From contig MU626264.1 of NCBI GenBank assembly GCA_025603075.1, forward strand, positions 1 to 64,000: DNA of 64,000 nucleotides, given 5' to 3'. Position 1 is the first letter of the stretch, and each line of letters begins with the position of its first letter. The notes under the pieces were generated by a model. It searched no databases. It was not told the origin of the DNA and was given only the letters and a program-made list of their open reading frames with translations. The translations under genes were made by a program, and so were the position numbers. Below, piece by piece: positions 36,173-49,999 of the stretch. Source of the stretch: Neoconidiobolus thromboides FSU 785. Its lineage: Eukaryota > Fungi > Entomophthoromycota.

Positions 36173-37151
36173 CTTTTTGATGACTAAATTTTATGTAAAG
36201 TATAATAAACAGTTTTGCTATATATACGCTATATATTTTTAAGTCTATTATAGTATATAATTACTTTAAAATTAAGCAAAAGAATTATAGTCAGTTTACA
36301 GTGTAGCTTCTACTACACAACAACCAAACCCAACCAAAGTTGAATTGTGCATATAGCCGCTTGAGTAGTGGTACTTTGTATTACAATTAAAAATAATTCT
36401 TTTTTAATGATGGAATAAAGAGTAGCTAAAGAGTTTTACTTGAAGCAGGATGAGTCATAGTATTCATGGTTATTGGATTATTATTTTTAAAACCAAATGT
36501 TATTCAGTTTCAGAAATTTGAGTAATAACACCTATTCTGTAGTAATATATATTAACACATTGTTGCGAAATGTATTAATACCTTTTTTTAAATTATGGCT
36601 GATATGAATTTCTATCATGCAACTAGTTTTAACTAATCATTCAATCTTAAGGAGTTGTTGGATTAATTTGATTAGTTAAGGCTCTTTTAGCATAGCTTAA
36701 GTTAAAATTCTGGTAAACAAAAGATTATCTACTTTTTAAGTGTTAATAATTTGTTTATTAGTAATCTTTTCAGCTTTTTTATATAGATTGGGTTATTCTA
36801 ATTCGAGATAGAAATTGTAATTTTTGCCTCAAAGCCTAATCTTTATTTGATTATTCTTTAGATGAAATTGATAAATAAAGAGTACATGTCATGTTATTAA
36901 CATTGATTATATTAAATGGTTGATAAAAATACCATTAAGAATACAATATACAAGTTAAATTCATTTATTAATCAAGATAGTAATAAATCTATTTTATAAT
37001 AATATAAAATTTTAAAAAATAATACAGATAAAAAAGAACCTTTTAATCATTGAAAAATCAAAAGTATAAAATTAATAAAATGCTTAGGTAAGAATAATAA
37101 AAGTTGAACTGAGTTAAATAAACATGAGCAATAAAGCAAAGCCTAATACCA

Positions 37152-38471
37152 TCAATATTGAACTTTAGGTGTACTTCCACTATCTGAAATTTCATTAGGG
37201 TAACTCGATTTATCACTACTATTTGTTATATCATGTGATAGATCCCTTATTGTTGAGTTATTAGATCTTTGTTCTTCAGCTTCAATAACGGTAGGTGATT
37301 CTACTATTGAATTCGTTTCATTGGTTGCTTCATTATTATTATTATCATTATTATTATTTTCTCTTGCTTCACTTTGTTCTTGTTGAGATTGAGCTTGCGC
37401 CTGTTCTTGCTCCAATAAACTTGCTCTAATTGCTTCCATTACCATGAGTTCTTCCAAATCCACTCCCATACTTTGCATTGTTAAAAAGTAATCTGAGTAT
37501 GCACTATCCCCAGAACGTTGTCTACGACCTGGCCTTAAACTCAAAAATCTTCCTGGGTGAATTAACATTGGTTGCCTTAAGTCTAAGTTAATATTTCGGA
37601 TTGGTTCAGGTCTTAACTCTTCTACATAAAAAAATTAAAATGTTAGTAAATGCTTGGTAAACTATAGCTCTAACAATAAAAAAGAACTACTTACCAATTC
37701 TTAAAGGAATTGCTTTTTTATGCGATGTTATTAACTTATTTGAGTTTTGGGACTAAAAAAATACAGTCAATCAATGAATTAGATATAAATTATATTCTTA
37801 CGTTATTAGGCATCAACACTGGGTTTTCATATGCACAATATAAAAAGGAAAAATCTTCTTTTGCACAAAAAGGACAACTAAATGGATAACATGATTAATT
37901 ATTTATAGTAAAGTGATCATAGTAGTTTACTCTGGTGGTGTATTGCTTCCTACTTTACTTTTAATTTGAATAAGGCACTCAGTACAGATAGGTTGGTCAC
38001 AGCAGTTTGAATAATTGATATTTATAGGATAAATCTAAATAATAGAGATAAGTAAAAACATAAGAATAGCTAAAATGATAAAAACAAGCAATATGTATTT
38101 ATGAAATATTAAAGTAAAAGTAAACTTACCAAAAAGCAAATAGGACACTCCAAACTTTGGTTATAAAACGCTTCCAAGTTATCCTTACTATTTTCCCTTT
38201 CTTTTTTATTACTGGAGCTTAACTTAATACTTAAATTTTTATTTGAACTTGTTTCATTGTTATTTTTACCATTGTTGTTATTCAAATCTTTTAACTCAGA
38301 TAAATCATTTAAGCCTTTATAGAATGGTGCCATTTTACGAGCCAAGATCCATTTTTTTAATAGTTTAACATCATAGTCTAATATATCTTTATTATTGTAG
38401 ATACCATACGGCTCCAATTTACCAAAATCGATTCTCTCTTCTCCTTTGTTTTTACCTTGATTGTTACCCAT
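37152..38471 (-). CDS. SIP5: SIP5-like protein (Snf1-interacting, RING-like Zn finger), multi-exon
   Basis: MGN N-terminus, IDFGKLEPYGIY, ILARKMAPFYKGL, ECPICFL, CCDQPICTECLIQIK, DLEELMVMEAIRASL. Confidence 0.8.
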
Positions 38472-39419
38472 CCTAATTTTATTAAATTGTTTATTTTTTT
38501 AAAGAATAGATGATTTTATTATAAAAAAATTAGAATGTTTCCCTTAACTTTTCCAATCACTTTGATCTCTTTTTTTTTATTCTTTTATGTTTTCCCCCTA
38601 TGAATTGGGTTGGGTTTCAACCAATGATATCTCATTATTCTGAGGCTTAAACAAATCATTGGGTTATTATTAAGCATTTAAGCTGTTCTTTAATCCCCCA
38701 CTTTTTAGCAACTAATACCTATTGAAAATTAAATTGCCAATATTTTATGAGTATATGGAGATTTATTAAGTTAGATTTATTGACAACTAATTTATAAACA
38801 ACCTTCTATTTATATATCAACACACTTTTAGTTCTAATTTCACCTTATTGTTAAAAGTACCTCCTCTTAAAAGTTATATTCTTTTATTCAAATTTGTATT
38901 ACTAATATCAATTTCAAAAATTTAATCTTTGATTATATTGATAATGATTAGAAAAAATCTCAAGTTCCACTTATAATTTAGAGCCACTTGTTATAAATGT
39001 TGAATTTTATTAAAGTAACAACCAAATTTAAGCTACTTCAAATAATGTCCTTAATTGAGGCTTTAATTAAAAGTCAATATAGGTTATATTTTTAATATAT
39101 TAAATTTATGTATTAAATTTTATACTATTATTAACTTTATACAAAAGTATCCACAACTACGCTTTTATTAATCTGATATGGGTGAATTTAAAAGCTTAAT
39201 CAATAATGTGACTATTTTTGTTCAATTTGACAGTTTAAATATTTTAAAATTAAGAAAGAGTGATTGTGGAGTGCAGTTTTCTATTCGGTCTGTTTTATTT
39301 AACTGTCATATTTTTCTCAACAATTTTGGGTAAAAAATATAACGTTTAATATAAAATAAAGTGAGTTTTTTATTTCAAATAAATTTAATGCTTTGATCAA
39401 CCCTTAAAGAGAGAACAAG

Positions 39420-39521
39420 ATATGAGGATGTTTTTGTGTTTAAGAATTTTACTGGTAATTTTTTCGCTCAAATAGTGCTTAAAAGATCGAAAAAGAATGA
39501 AACAAAAAAACACTTCCGTAT
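39420..39521 (+). mobile_element. 105-bp MITE family, copy 14
   Basis: Near full-length match. Confidence 0.8.
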
Positions 39522-41490
39522 TTTATTTTATTTAATTAGGCTTACCTTACTATTTTTTTAACATCAAAACTAGTGCTTAAGTTCAACTTTGGGTATATGT
39601 TTATTTACATGTAAAAAGTCATAAATTTAAATGATTTAATATGAATAATTTATATTTTACCACAATATTAGAAATAATATTAATTGTAAGTCTTTTCAAA
39701 AGTTAATGTTGACTATAAGTTTCCTTTTAAAAATAATTTTACACCATTTTTATGAGCTATATTATTTATAACTTTTAATAAGTTTTCATAGGTAATGTAA
39801 ATAAAAATAGAAAATTAGAATGTTGTTATTCCATTAAAACACACTTAAATTATAGTAATAAAATAATTTAAACTTCTACCATACAAATTTATAAAGAAGA
39901 AGTGTTAATAAAACTACTAAATATATAGTCATACTTCTAAACAATTAATCTTTCTCTTCAATTACTATATTAAATTTAGCTTTTTAGTTTATTTCCAAAT
40001 ATTAACTGTCCCTAATTAATTCTAATATTAAATTTTAGCCCCTCTTTTTAACCTAGTAAAGTTATCCTTTAATCGAATTTTAGTCCCAACCTTTATAAAA
40101 ATAATCAAAAAGTGTACAGTTATTTTATCCCTATTGAGAATTATTTAGCTAGTAGTTTCAAAAATTAATCATTTAAATATCGGATTTTTTATAGTACATT
40201 TGTTATGTTTTATCAAATTTTAGCATCAATATTACTTCTAAATAAATTTAAAATAATTCCAAAAGTGATGAATCACCTATATTCTAAGACTCAAAAACAA
40301 TTAGACACTAGATCACTATGAAAATTCAATGTAGTGTTAAAAATAAGCCTATTTTTAGTTAGAGAATTTAATGAAATAATTTAATATTCAAGTTCTAAAA
40401 AAGATAGTTTAAATATTCTAAGGGGGATTGTATTCAACTGTTATTACTCTCATGTTGTAAGTCGATACTAGAATTCCATAGCTTTGATATTACGTTTTGT
40501 TTTCTATATAACAATATTCCAAAATTAAAGCTCAATGATGATATTTTACTATTCATTTCAACCTGATAAAAGTTTTCTAATTAAAGTCATAAAGAATATT
40601 CCAACTCGTTATGGATTGTGATTAAGCAAATTGAGATTAAAAACCAGGACTAAAATATAAGAATCATTCTTTAGAATGGAAATAAAATATAGAATGGGCA
40701 TTTTACATTTCATATTACCTAATTCTAAAAATAGAAAAAAGACACCATGAGTAAATTTTCAAATACAAAGGTAAAATGCCCAACTCGTTATTTAGATAGG
40801 TAGTATTTTATCATACAAAAATTAGATTTAATGGGCTTGAGTTAGGAAAGTAAAATAACGTTTCTTTACATTGAAATGGAAAAAGGGGTTAGTTTTCATT
40901 ATATAGACTAATATATTGAATATTAAGCTTTGGTTATCTTTTGTAGTTGCTATATAAAATTAAGCTATAGTGTAAAGTGTTTGTTGTCAACAAATCTATG
41001 AAAACTAATACAATAACTGATTATGCCATCTTCAATTGCTATCCAATAAAAGTTATTAGTTATACTAAATTCATAAAAGCACTAGTTAAATATGATAAAA
41101 AGTAAAAAAGATTAATTCAGTATGATTGGTGGTAAAGAAATGAAATTCAAATTAAGCCAATTAGAGTGAATTAACTAAAGTAATGAAAAACTCAAGTCAA
41201 ACATTTTTAGAGATTATAGTGAATAATATAGCAAAACTTAATTTATAAATAAATATAAAAAAAATAAAACTTAATAAAAAAATGAATAATAAAAAAATAA
41301 ACAAATCAAATTGAACGATTCTTATAAAATTATTCATAAAAAATTTAATAAGGCTAAGTTCATATAATTACTTTTTTATTAAAAAAAAAGGTGGATTGAA
41401 ATTTTTTAATATTCACATTATTATAAACTTTCATAGATATATATACAAATATAATAGTCATATTATTTTTTAATTTAATAATTAAAAATA

Positions 41491-44400
41491 ATGCCTGATC
41501 AATTTAAAGAGAATGAGGGTAATAGGTAAGTAATTCAATTACTATTTTTAAATTTCAATACATTAATTAAGCAAATTTCAGTTCTACAAACAACTCCCGT
41601 ACTCGTTCAACAAGAAATCGAAGTAAAGTGCTAAATTATAAGGTAATATACATAATTGCTACGATTTTAGTATCAAGCTAATAGTCTTTATTAGGAAAAA
41701 GGCGAATCGGATTCGGATATATTAACTTCTGAGTCTCGACCCGAGTCACCTGTTAAGACGGAATATACTGTCACTAAACCTAAGAAAGTTACTAAGTATA
41801 AAATGGTACCATATCAACCGGTTCAAATACCTTTTGGATTTGGAGATAAAGAGATTGAGTCGTTATTATCTTATCGTGTTAATGAAGGTCAAGAAGAAGC
41901 GTTAGTCAAATTTAAATATACCAGTTATCATCATTTAGAATGGTTAGGTCGAGAATATATAGAAGACATTATGCCCCAAGGGAAACATCGATTTAAAAAA
42001 TTAAAACAAAATTATGAGTTCAATAATGAACAATATGATGAAGGGTTTAATTTAAGTTATTTAGAAATTGATCGAGTAATTGATGAAGGAGAAATCACAG
42101 ATGATGAAGAAGAAGATGGCTTATGTGTTTATGGGTTAGTTAAATGGGAAGGTTTACCATATGAAAATAGTACCTGGGAAAAAGTGAGTAAGATTCGAGA
42201 ATTAGATAATGAAAAATATGAATTATTTATTCATCGACAAGAACATCCAGGTAATGAGATATTACCTTTAGTTTCTAGACCAATTAAAGAAAAATTTGAA
42301 AAATTAATCGAAAGCCCCAAATTTAAAAATGAAAATTGTTTAAGAGATTATCAACTAGAAGGCTTAAATTGGTTAACTTATTGTTGGTATAATCATAGAT
42401 CAAGCATTATGGCAGATGAAATGGGATTAGGTAAAACTGTACAATCAGTTTCATTTATTTATCATATTTATCGTACTTGTAAAATTCGTGGTCCATTTTT
42501 AATTGTAGCTCCATTATCTACAATACCTCATTGGGAAAGAGAATTTAAAGCATGGACTGATCTAAATGTAGTTGTTTATCACGGTAGTAGCACTTCAAGA
42601 AATATAATTGTCGATTCAGAATTTTATTATAAAGATGAAGAAGGTGGTAGATTATCGGAATTGTACAAAATGGAAGTATTGATTACTACTTATGAAATGA
42701 TATTAAGTGGAGCAGCTCAATTAAGTCCTATATTTTGGAGAGTTGGTGTATTTGATGAGGCTCATCGATTAAAAAATCGTAATTCTAAAGTATTAGAAAT
42801 ATTAAGAAATTATAATATTGAACACCGAGTTTTATTAACTGGTACTCCCTTACAAAACTCCGTTTCTGAATTATTTAGTTTACTTAATTTCTTGGAACCA
42901 ACTAGATTTTCAAATGAAAAACAATTTTTAGAGGAATTTGGAGATCTTAAATCTTCAGCTGAAGTAGCTGAATTACAGGAACTGTTAAAACCAATAATGT
43001 TAAGAAGATTTAAAGAAGATGTTGAAAAATCAATACCATCTAAAGAAGAAACAGTTGTTGAAGTTGAATTAACTAACGTACAAAAGAAATGGTATCGAGC
43101 TATATTAGAAAGAAATTTTACTTACATTCGACGTGGTGGTAAAGGAGAAGGACCTAGTTTAAACAATATAATGATGGAATTGAGAAAATGTTGTAATCAT
43201 CCTTTTTTAATTAAAGGAGCAGAAGAATTAATTGTAAAAGAACAAGAAGAAAAAGGAAGTCAATCATTAATGCAAACAATGATACAATCTTCTGGTAAAT
43301 TAGTATTGTTAGATAAATTACTGCCTAAATTAAAAGCTAATGGTCATAAAGTATTAATATTTTCTCAAATGACTAAAGTTTTGGATTTATTAGCCGAATA
43401 TTTGCATTATAGAAATTATGAAACAGAACGTATTGATGGAGGTGTACAATCATCTGAACGTCAAATTGCTATTGATCGATTTACTACATCTTCAACCTCT
43501 TTTACTTTTTTATTATGTACAAGAGCAGGTGGTGTTGGTATTAATTTAACAGCAGCAGATACAGTTATTATATTTGATAGTGATTGGAATCCACAAAATG
43601 ATTTACAAGCACAAGCGAGGGTTCATCGTATCGGTCAAACAAAGCCCGTTAAAATTTATCGATTATTATGTGCTAATACTTATGAAAGGCAAATGTTTGA
43701 TCGAGCTAACCTCAAATTAGGCTTAGATAAAGCAGTTATGCAAAAAATGGATGGGTATAGTGATACTGCTTCTTCTTCTACAGGATTAAGTAAAAAAGAA
43801 GTAGATGATTTATTGAAATTAGGAGCATATGGTGCTTTATTAGACGATACAGAAAGTAGTAAATTCCATGAAGAAGATATTGATAGCATATTAGAAAGAC
43901 GTAGTACAGTCATTAAATATGGTAGTAATGAAAAAGGGTCTGCATTTTCTAAAGCTAGTTTTTCTACTTTTGATGAAGAGAAAACTGATTTGAATGACCC
44001 TGATTTTTGGGATAAGTGGGCAACTAAAGCGGAAATTGATTTAGAACAACTAAATGAAAAAAATCCATTAATTTTAGATGAACCAAGAACTAGAAAGAGA
44101 ACTAAAAGATTTGAATATTTAGAAAACAATAATAATAATAAAGACTCAAAGACTATAATAGATGAGGATTCTCAAGATGAATTTATTGAAGATAAATCAA
44201 AAGGACCAAGATTTTGGACTGCTTCTGGTCGAGCTAAATTAGAAAGAAAATTGATGATTTATGGATTATCCAATTGGGAGAAATTAAGCGCATGCTTTAC
44301 TCGACGTAATTTACCCGATCTTAGAGCATGTGTACACCATCTTATACGTTCTATGTTAAAAATGGTAAGAAGCGGAAATAATGAAAGTAAAGATTTTGAA

Positions 44401-46296
44401 GAAGTTGAAAATGCATTAATATTAGATCAAAAAAATCATGGAGAAGAGGGATTAGATTTAGAACATCTACATAATGAATTAAATATACCTTATCCAGATG
44501 CAGATAAGTTACAAATTGCTGAGTTTAAATCCTTTTTAGTAGAAGCACCAGCAGAATATTTGGAAAAGATACAGAATAAAGCCAAGAGTTTATTACAAAG
44601 GATCCAAGTAATTTATATAATATGTGAAAAAATGGTACCAAAAGAAGAAAATGAGTTAAAATTATACAAAGCACCAGATTGTGGTAATTCAGCACCACCA
44701 GCTACTTGGTGGACTATTGATATGGATAAAGATTTATTAATAGGTATTGTTAAACATGGTTATCATCAATATGATGAATTTAGACAAGACTCGAGTTTAA
44801 TATTTTCTAGTATTAAATTTAGTTCACCTGATTCAAGTCCAGTACCTGAAACAGATGGACAAAATATAGATCAAAGCCCACCTTATAAAAAAAGCCGAAA
44901 TAATTCACCATCAAATGAAGAAGAGAAATATTATTGGCCATTAGGTGTAGATATTGGTTTAAGAATTCGTAAAATGATTCATCAATTTCAAAAAGTAGGT
45001 GGAATGATTAAAAATAATACTAAAACAAATTCAGCTAAAAACGGCAATTCATTTATCGAAAGAGTAATTAATAGTATCAGAAATAATGTAGATATCACAG
45101 ATCAAGTAGAAATGGATAAAGCATGGAGTGCTAGAGAAATTAAGAATTTTTTAAAAACAATCTCTTCTTTTGGTATTGAAACTATGTCTTTTAATTTATT
45201 TGATAGATCTTGGACAAGATTTCGTTGTGTATCCGAATTATTTAGTAAAGATGACGATGATTTTGAAAATTATTTATCTCAATATATACGTATGTGCTAT
45301 GATGCATTAATGGCTGATACTGGTAAAGATGTCAAAGAAAGAAATCCAAGAGTTGTGAATTTTCTTGAAGAATTAATTACAACTTTAGGACCCAACAAAC
45401 TCAAGTTAAATTTAGAAATACCAACAGCAGAAAAAGCCAAAAGAGCGATAAAAAGAATAATGCAAATGTATTATTTACGGCGTAAAGTATATGAAAATGA
45501 AGATTTTAAATTGATCTTAGGTCAATCACGTAAGATTCATGGAATGCCTAATTGGTGGAGCCATAAATATGAAGAACCTTTTGTACAAGCTTTAATACTA
45601 TACGGTATTGCTGGGGATAAATTTGTGTTTTTAGATGAAGAATTACCATTTACTTCATTTGATGAATCAGAATGGCCAAAAGAAATTGTTATAACAAAAC
45701 ATATTGATCAATTGATTGAAATTTCAGATAAATGTGAAATTAAAAAACAAAAAGCTAAAGTATTTTTTAATAATAGTAATAATAATAATAATAATAATGA
45801 AAAGAATATTATTGCTACTACACAATCAACTCCCATTGTCACAATTACAGCTCCTAAAGAAAATATTAAAGTAATTGAACCACCAATTAATTATTTATCT
45901 TCGCCACAAGCTCAAGGGCAATCCCCTGCAATTCATAATTCATCACCATCCACTGCAACTTCTCATTTTTTAGTTTATGATTCTAAAGATGGACCTATAT
46001 TAACACGTAGTAAACCTAAAGTACGTAATTATCCAACCTCAGGAAATCTTCGACCTGCAGCTATTGTTAAATTAGATGATGATGATTCACAACCTAAAAT
46101 TACTACGTTTTTTAGTAATAAGAAAGAGAAGGAGAGTATTGATAATAGTGTTAAAAGAGGGTTAAAAGAAGAAGAGGATATTGTTAAAACTAAAGAAAGT
46201 TCTATTGGTTCTATTAATCATCTTTTAAATCCAACGGAAGTAGAGGTTTATTCTTCAAATAAGAAATTTAGAGATGAAGAGGAATCAAGAACTTGA
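41491..46296 (+). CDS. Chromodomain helicase DNA-binding remodeler, CHD6-9 (kismet/CHD7) type; two short 5' introns, then one ~4.6-kb exon
   Basis: Tandem chromodomains; SNF2 ATPase (ADEMGLGKT, DEAH, QNDLQAQARVHRIGQ); CHD7-like FWDKWA, WWTIDMDKDLLIGIVKHGY and YYWP motifs. Confidence 0.88.
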
Positions 46297-46853
46297 TTTT
46301 AAAATTGAAAATTTTTACCTAAATATATTAAATTAGTATTAGATTACTATTTTTGTTTGCTTTTTTGTTTTAGTTCTAATTAAAGTTAGCGCTTTTTATT
46401 TAGTTCATAAAGATGAATCTTTCAATTAAAAGAGTAGTATCAATTTGATGTTTATACAAAAAATGTTAACATCTTTATTTTATAAGAACGAAATCGTTTG
46501 TCATTTTATTATAACTACTTATTCTTACTTTATTTAATAAATATTACAATAGTTTGTTATCTTGTTTTAATATTCTAAAGTTCAACCAATCAAGTAAAAC
46601 TTAAAATTGCATAAATTCTAACCACAATTTTTCAAATAAAAATGGTACGATAAAAAGCTGCATAAATTAGTTCGAAATTCGGTTAATTTTCTAACTCAAT
46701 TAACTTCATTCCCCACTAAGGGAGAGAAAAATATCAAGAACAAAGTCAATGCTCTTTCTAATTGGCTAAAAATAGTCACCAAATATTTAAAATTCAAAGG
46801 GTCTTTTTTAATTATTTATTTTTTTGTTCTAAAAAAACTTAATATTCATCAAA

Positions 46854-47816
<963 letters not shown>

Positions 47817-48184
47817 TTGACTTTTTTGACCTTCTCGTATAAAAATTAATCTTGAATTTTTGATTTGCTTTTGTTTATTATATTTTGTCGTATATGATTT
47901 TTGATTTTAAGTTACTTTCAAAATGTTTAGTTGATAATAAGTCTAGCTTAATCAGATATATTCTTTTAATTACTAGTTAATTACTATAACACACTTTTTT
48001 CCATTTTAATGTTTTACGTTTTAATGACATTGTTTAGTGTTATTTATATTTCAATTATGAATGAATATAGTAAGATCATAAAGAGTAAACTGCCTGTTAA
48101 AATGTTAAAAGTTTAAATCACACATTTAAGAGCTCTTTTTTTAAAATCCAAAAACTAAGAATTCTTAATTTTTAAAATTTTCTA

Positions 48185-48362
48185 AGATATAGCTGCTGCG
48201 ACTCTAATGTAGCTTAATTTGCAGTAATTTTTAGAACTAGTTGTTCATTTATTTATTTTCTAAGGCCTAATAATTATTAGGTTTTAGCTTGATTTTAGCG
48301 AAATTCCATTCTTAGCTGAACAGTTAATTAGATCTCAATAGAGTTGCGACAGCTACAACTTT
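48185..48362 (+). mobile_element. ~170-bp MITE family, copy 3
   Basis: TIR tatagctgctgcgactcta / tagagttgcgacagctaca; internal match to 8832-8992. Confidence 0.62.
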
Positions 48363-48392
48363 TATCCAAATTCTTAAATTTTTAAATCTTCC

Positions 48393-48499
48393 ATATGGGG
48401 ATGTATTTTTATGTTTAAGAATTTTACTAACAAATTTTCCACTTAAATATCGCTTAAAAAATGGAAAAAATAATGAAGTCAAAAAAAACACCCCCATAT
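48393..48499 (+). mobile_element. 105-bp MITE family, copy 15 (well preserved)
   Basis: ATATGGGGATGTATTTTT ... AAAAAAAACACCCCCATAT. Confidence 0.9.
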
Positions 48500-48756
48500 G
48501 GTCATAAAATTAAAAAAACAAAACCAATATTTGATAGCTTAAAATAAACTATAAACTAACACAATCTTATCAATCTACTAAATTAAAGCGGGTAAATAAT
48601 TAAGTAAAACAGACATTATAACAAAATAAAATTACCCTTTCATAAATAATTAAACTCACTTATCCAATAAATAAAAAATAAGTCCAAATAAATTTAAATT
48701 TAATGTTTTTTAATATAAAAAAAAGCTAGAATTAACTTCAAAAAAAATATTAATTC

Positions 48757-49422
48757 TTATTCTTCGTCTGTCCATTTAGCTGCAAATTGCCCAATATAAG
48801 GTAATTGAAACCTGACTAAAGTATTAGCATCAATGTAGGCCCTATAACTAAAGAATAAAAGATAGTATCGTATTGTTAGTAAAAATAGTAGAATATTAAA
48901 ATAAAATCTCCTTACGCTAAAAAGAAAGATAATACAACAGAACCAAGGAATAGAGTATAATATAAGAAACTTGAAATTAAACCAAAGACGAAATGTAAAA
49001 GCTGGGAATAGAATAATCATTAATAAAAAAACATGATTTAAGAAAAATTATTCTTACCAATGAAAACACACCTAAGATGCAAGCTTGCCAAGCATGATAT
49101 CGTACATAATCATTCTTCTTTTCAATTATTAAAAATAAAACACCTATAAATTCATATTAATTCATTAATTCTCTTTTTCTTACATTTAAAAACAATAAAA
49201 AACATTTTACTTACCACTAATACAACCTAAAAGATAACAAAGAGCAGCTTCAACATCAAAAGGTAATGGTGTTGATGTTTCATAAACATTGAATGCTTCT
49301 CGACCTTCTTCTGGGTTAACTGGTACTCGAGAACTACTTACATCATCTCCAATAGGTTGATAGCTACCTCGATTTTCTTCGGGAGCGGAAGTATAAGGAC
49401 TGAAATTGGTAAAGGTACTCAT
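48757..49422 (-). CDS. Small membrane protein, UPF0132/DUF4870-like, multi-exon
   Basis: FNVYETSTPLPFDVEAALCYLLG, YVRYHAWQ, AYIDANTL.RFQLPYIGQFAAKWTDEE. Confidence 0.7.
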
Positions 49423-49999
49423 AATTGCTGGATCTTTTTATATTTGTTGCTGTAAGCTGAGTTAAGGTAATGTAGAAATTAAATTAAGGAAACTTGAAAA
49501 GTGGAGAAATTTTCTGTTTTTTCTTTTCGTGGCTTTGTTTGTTGTGTTGGTTAGGTTTGGTTGCTAACAAATTTGATTGGTTGAAGTCTAAATTCTCCAT
49601 TTTTAATGAGAAATTGGTAAAGATTTTGACTGTCGGAGATTGAATGGTAGGGTATTTTTTTGTAGACAAAACAGAATAAGGATGGGTTTATGTTTATACA
49701 TTTAGCTTGCTTCAATTGGTTTTGCTCTAATGTTGAGTATATTAATATTTTATTGTTTAAGTTTGATTTTTTACACTAAAAACTTTATGATGTAATAAGT
49801 TAATTTATTAGCCAAACATTGAGGATTAAAAATAAGTTAAATTTTAAGCTTACGTTTCAACAATTAAAAATTTCGAGATAAAAATAAATTGCCAAGATTA
49901 ATAGCCTAGAAACCAAGATTATTGAAACTAAAAAAAATCATTGAAAATTAAAAGATTTCAAATCAATTAGTTTTTTACTATTATTTTAAACAAAGCAAA

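Noticed and set aside
38590-38720. GC-richer patch upstream of SIP5
   Set aside because: Explained by ordinary CCAAT-type promoter elements.
40535-40566. ATGATGA...CTGA as a snoRNA; nearby PTRY peptide as an hAT motif
   Set aside because: Boxes only ~30 nt apart with no recognisable guide; peptide match too short.
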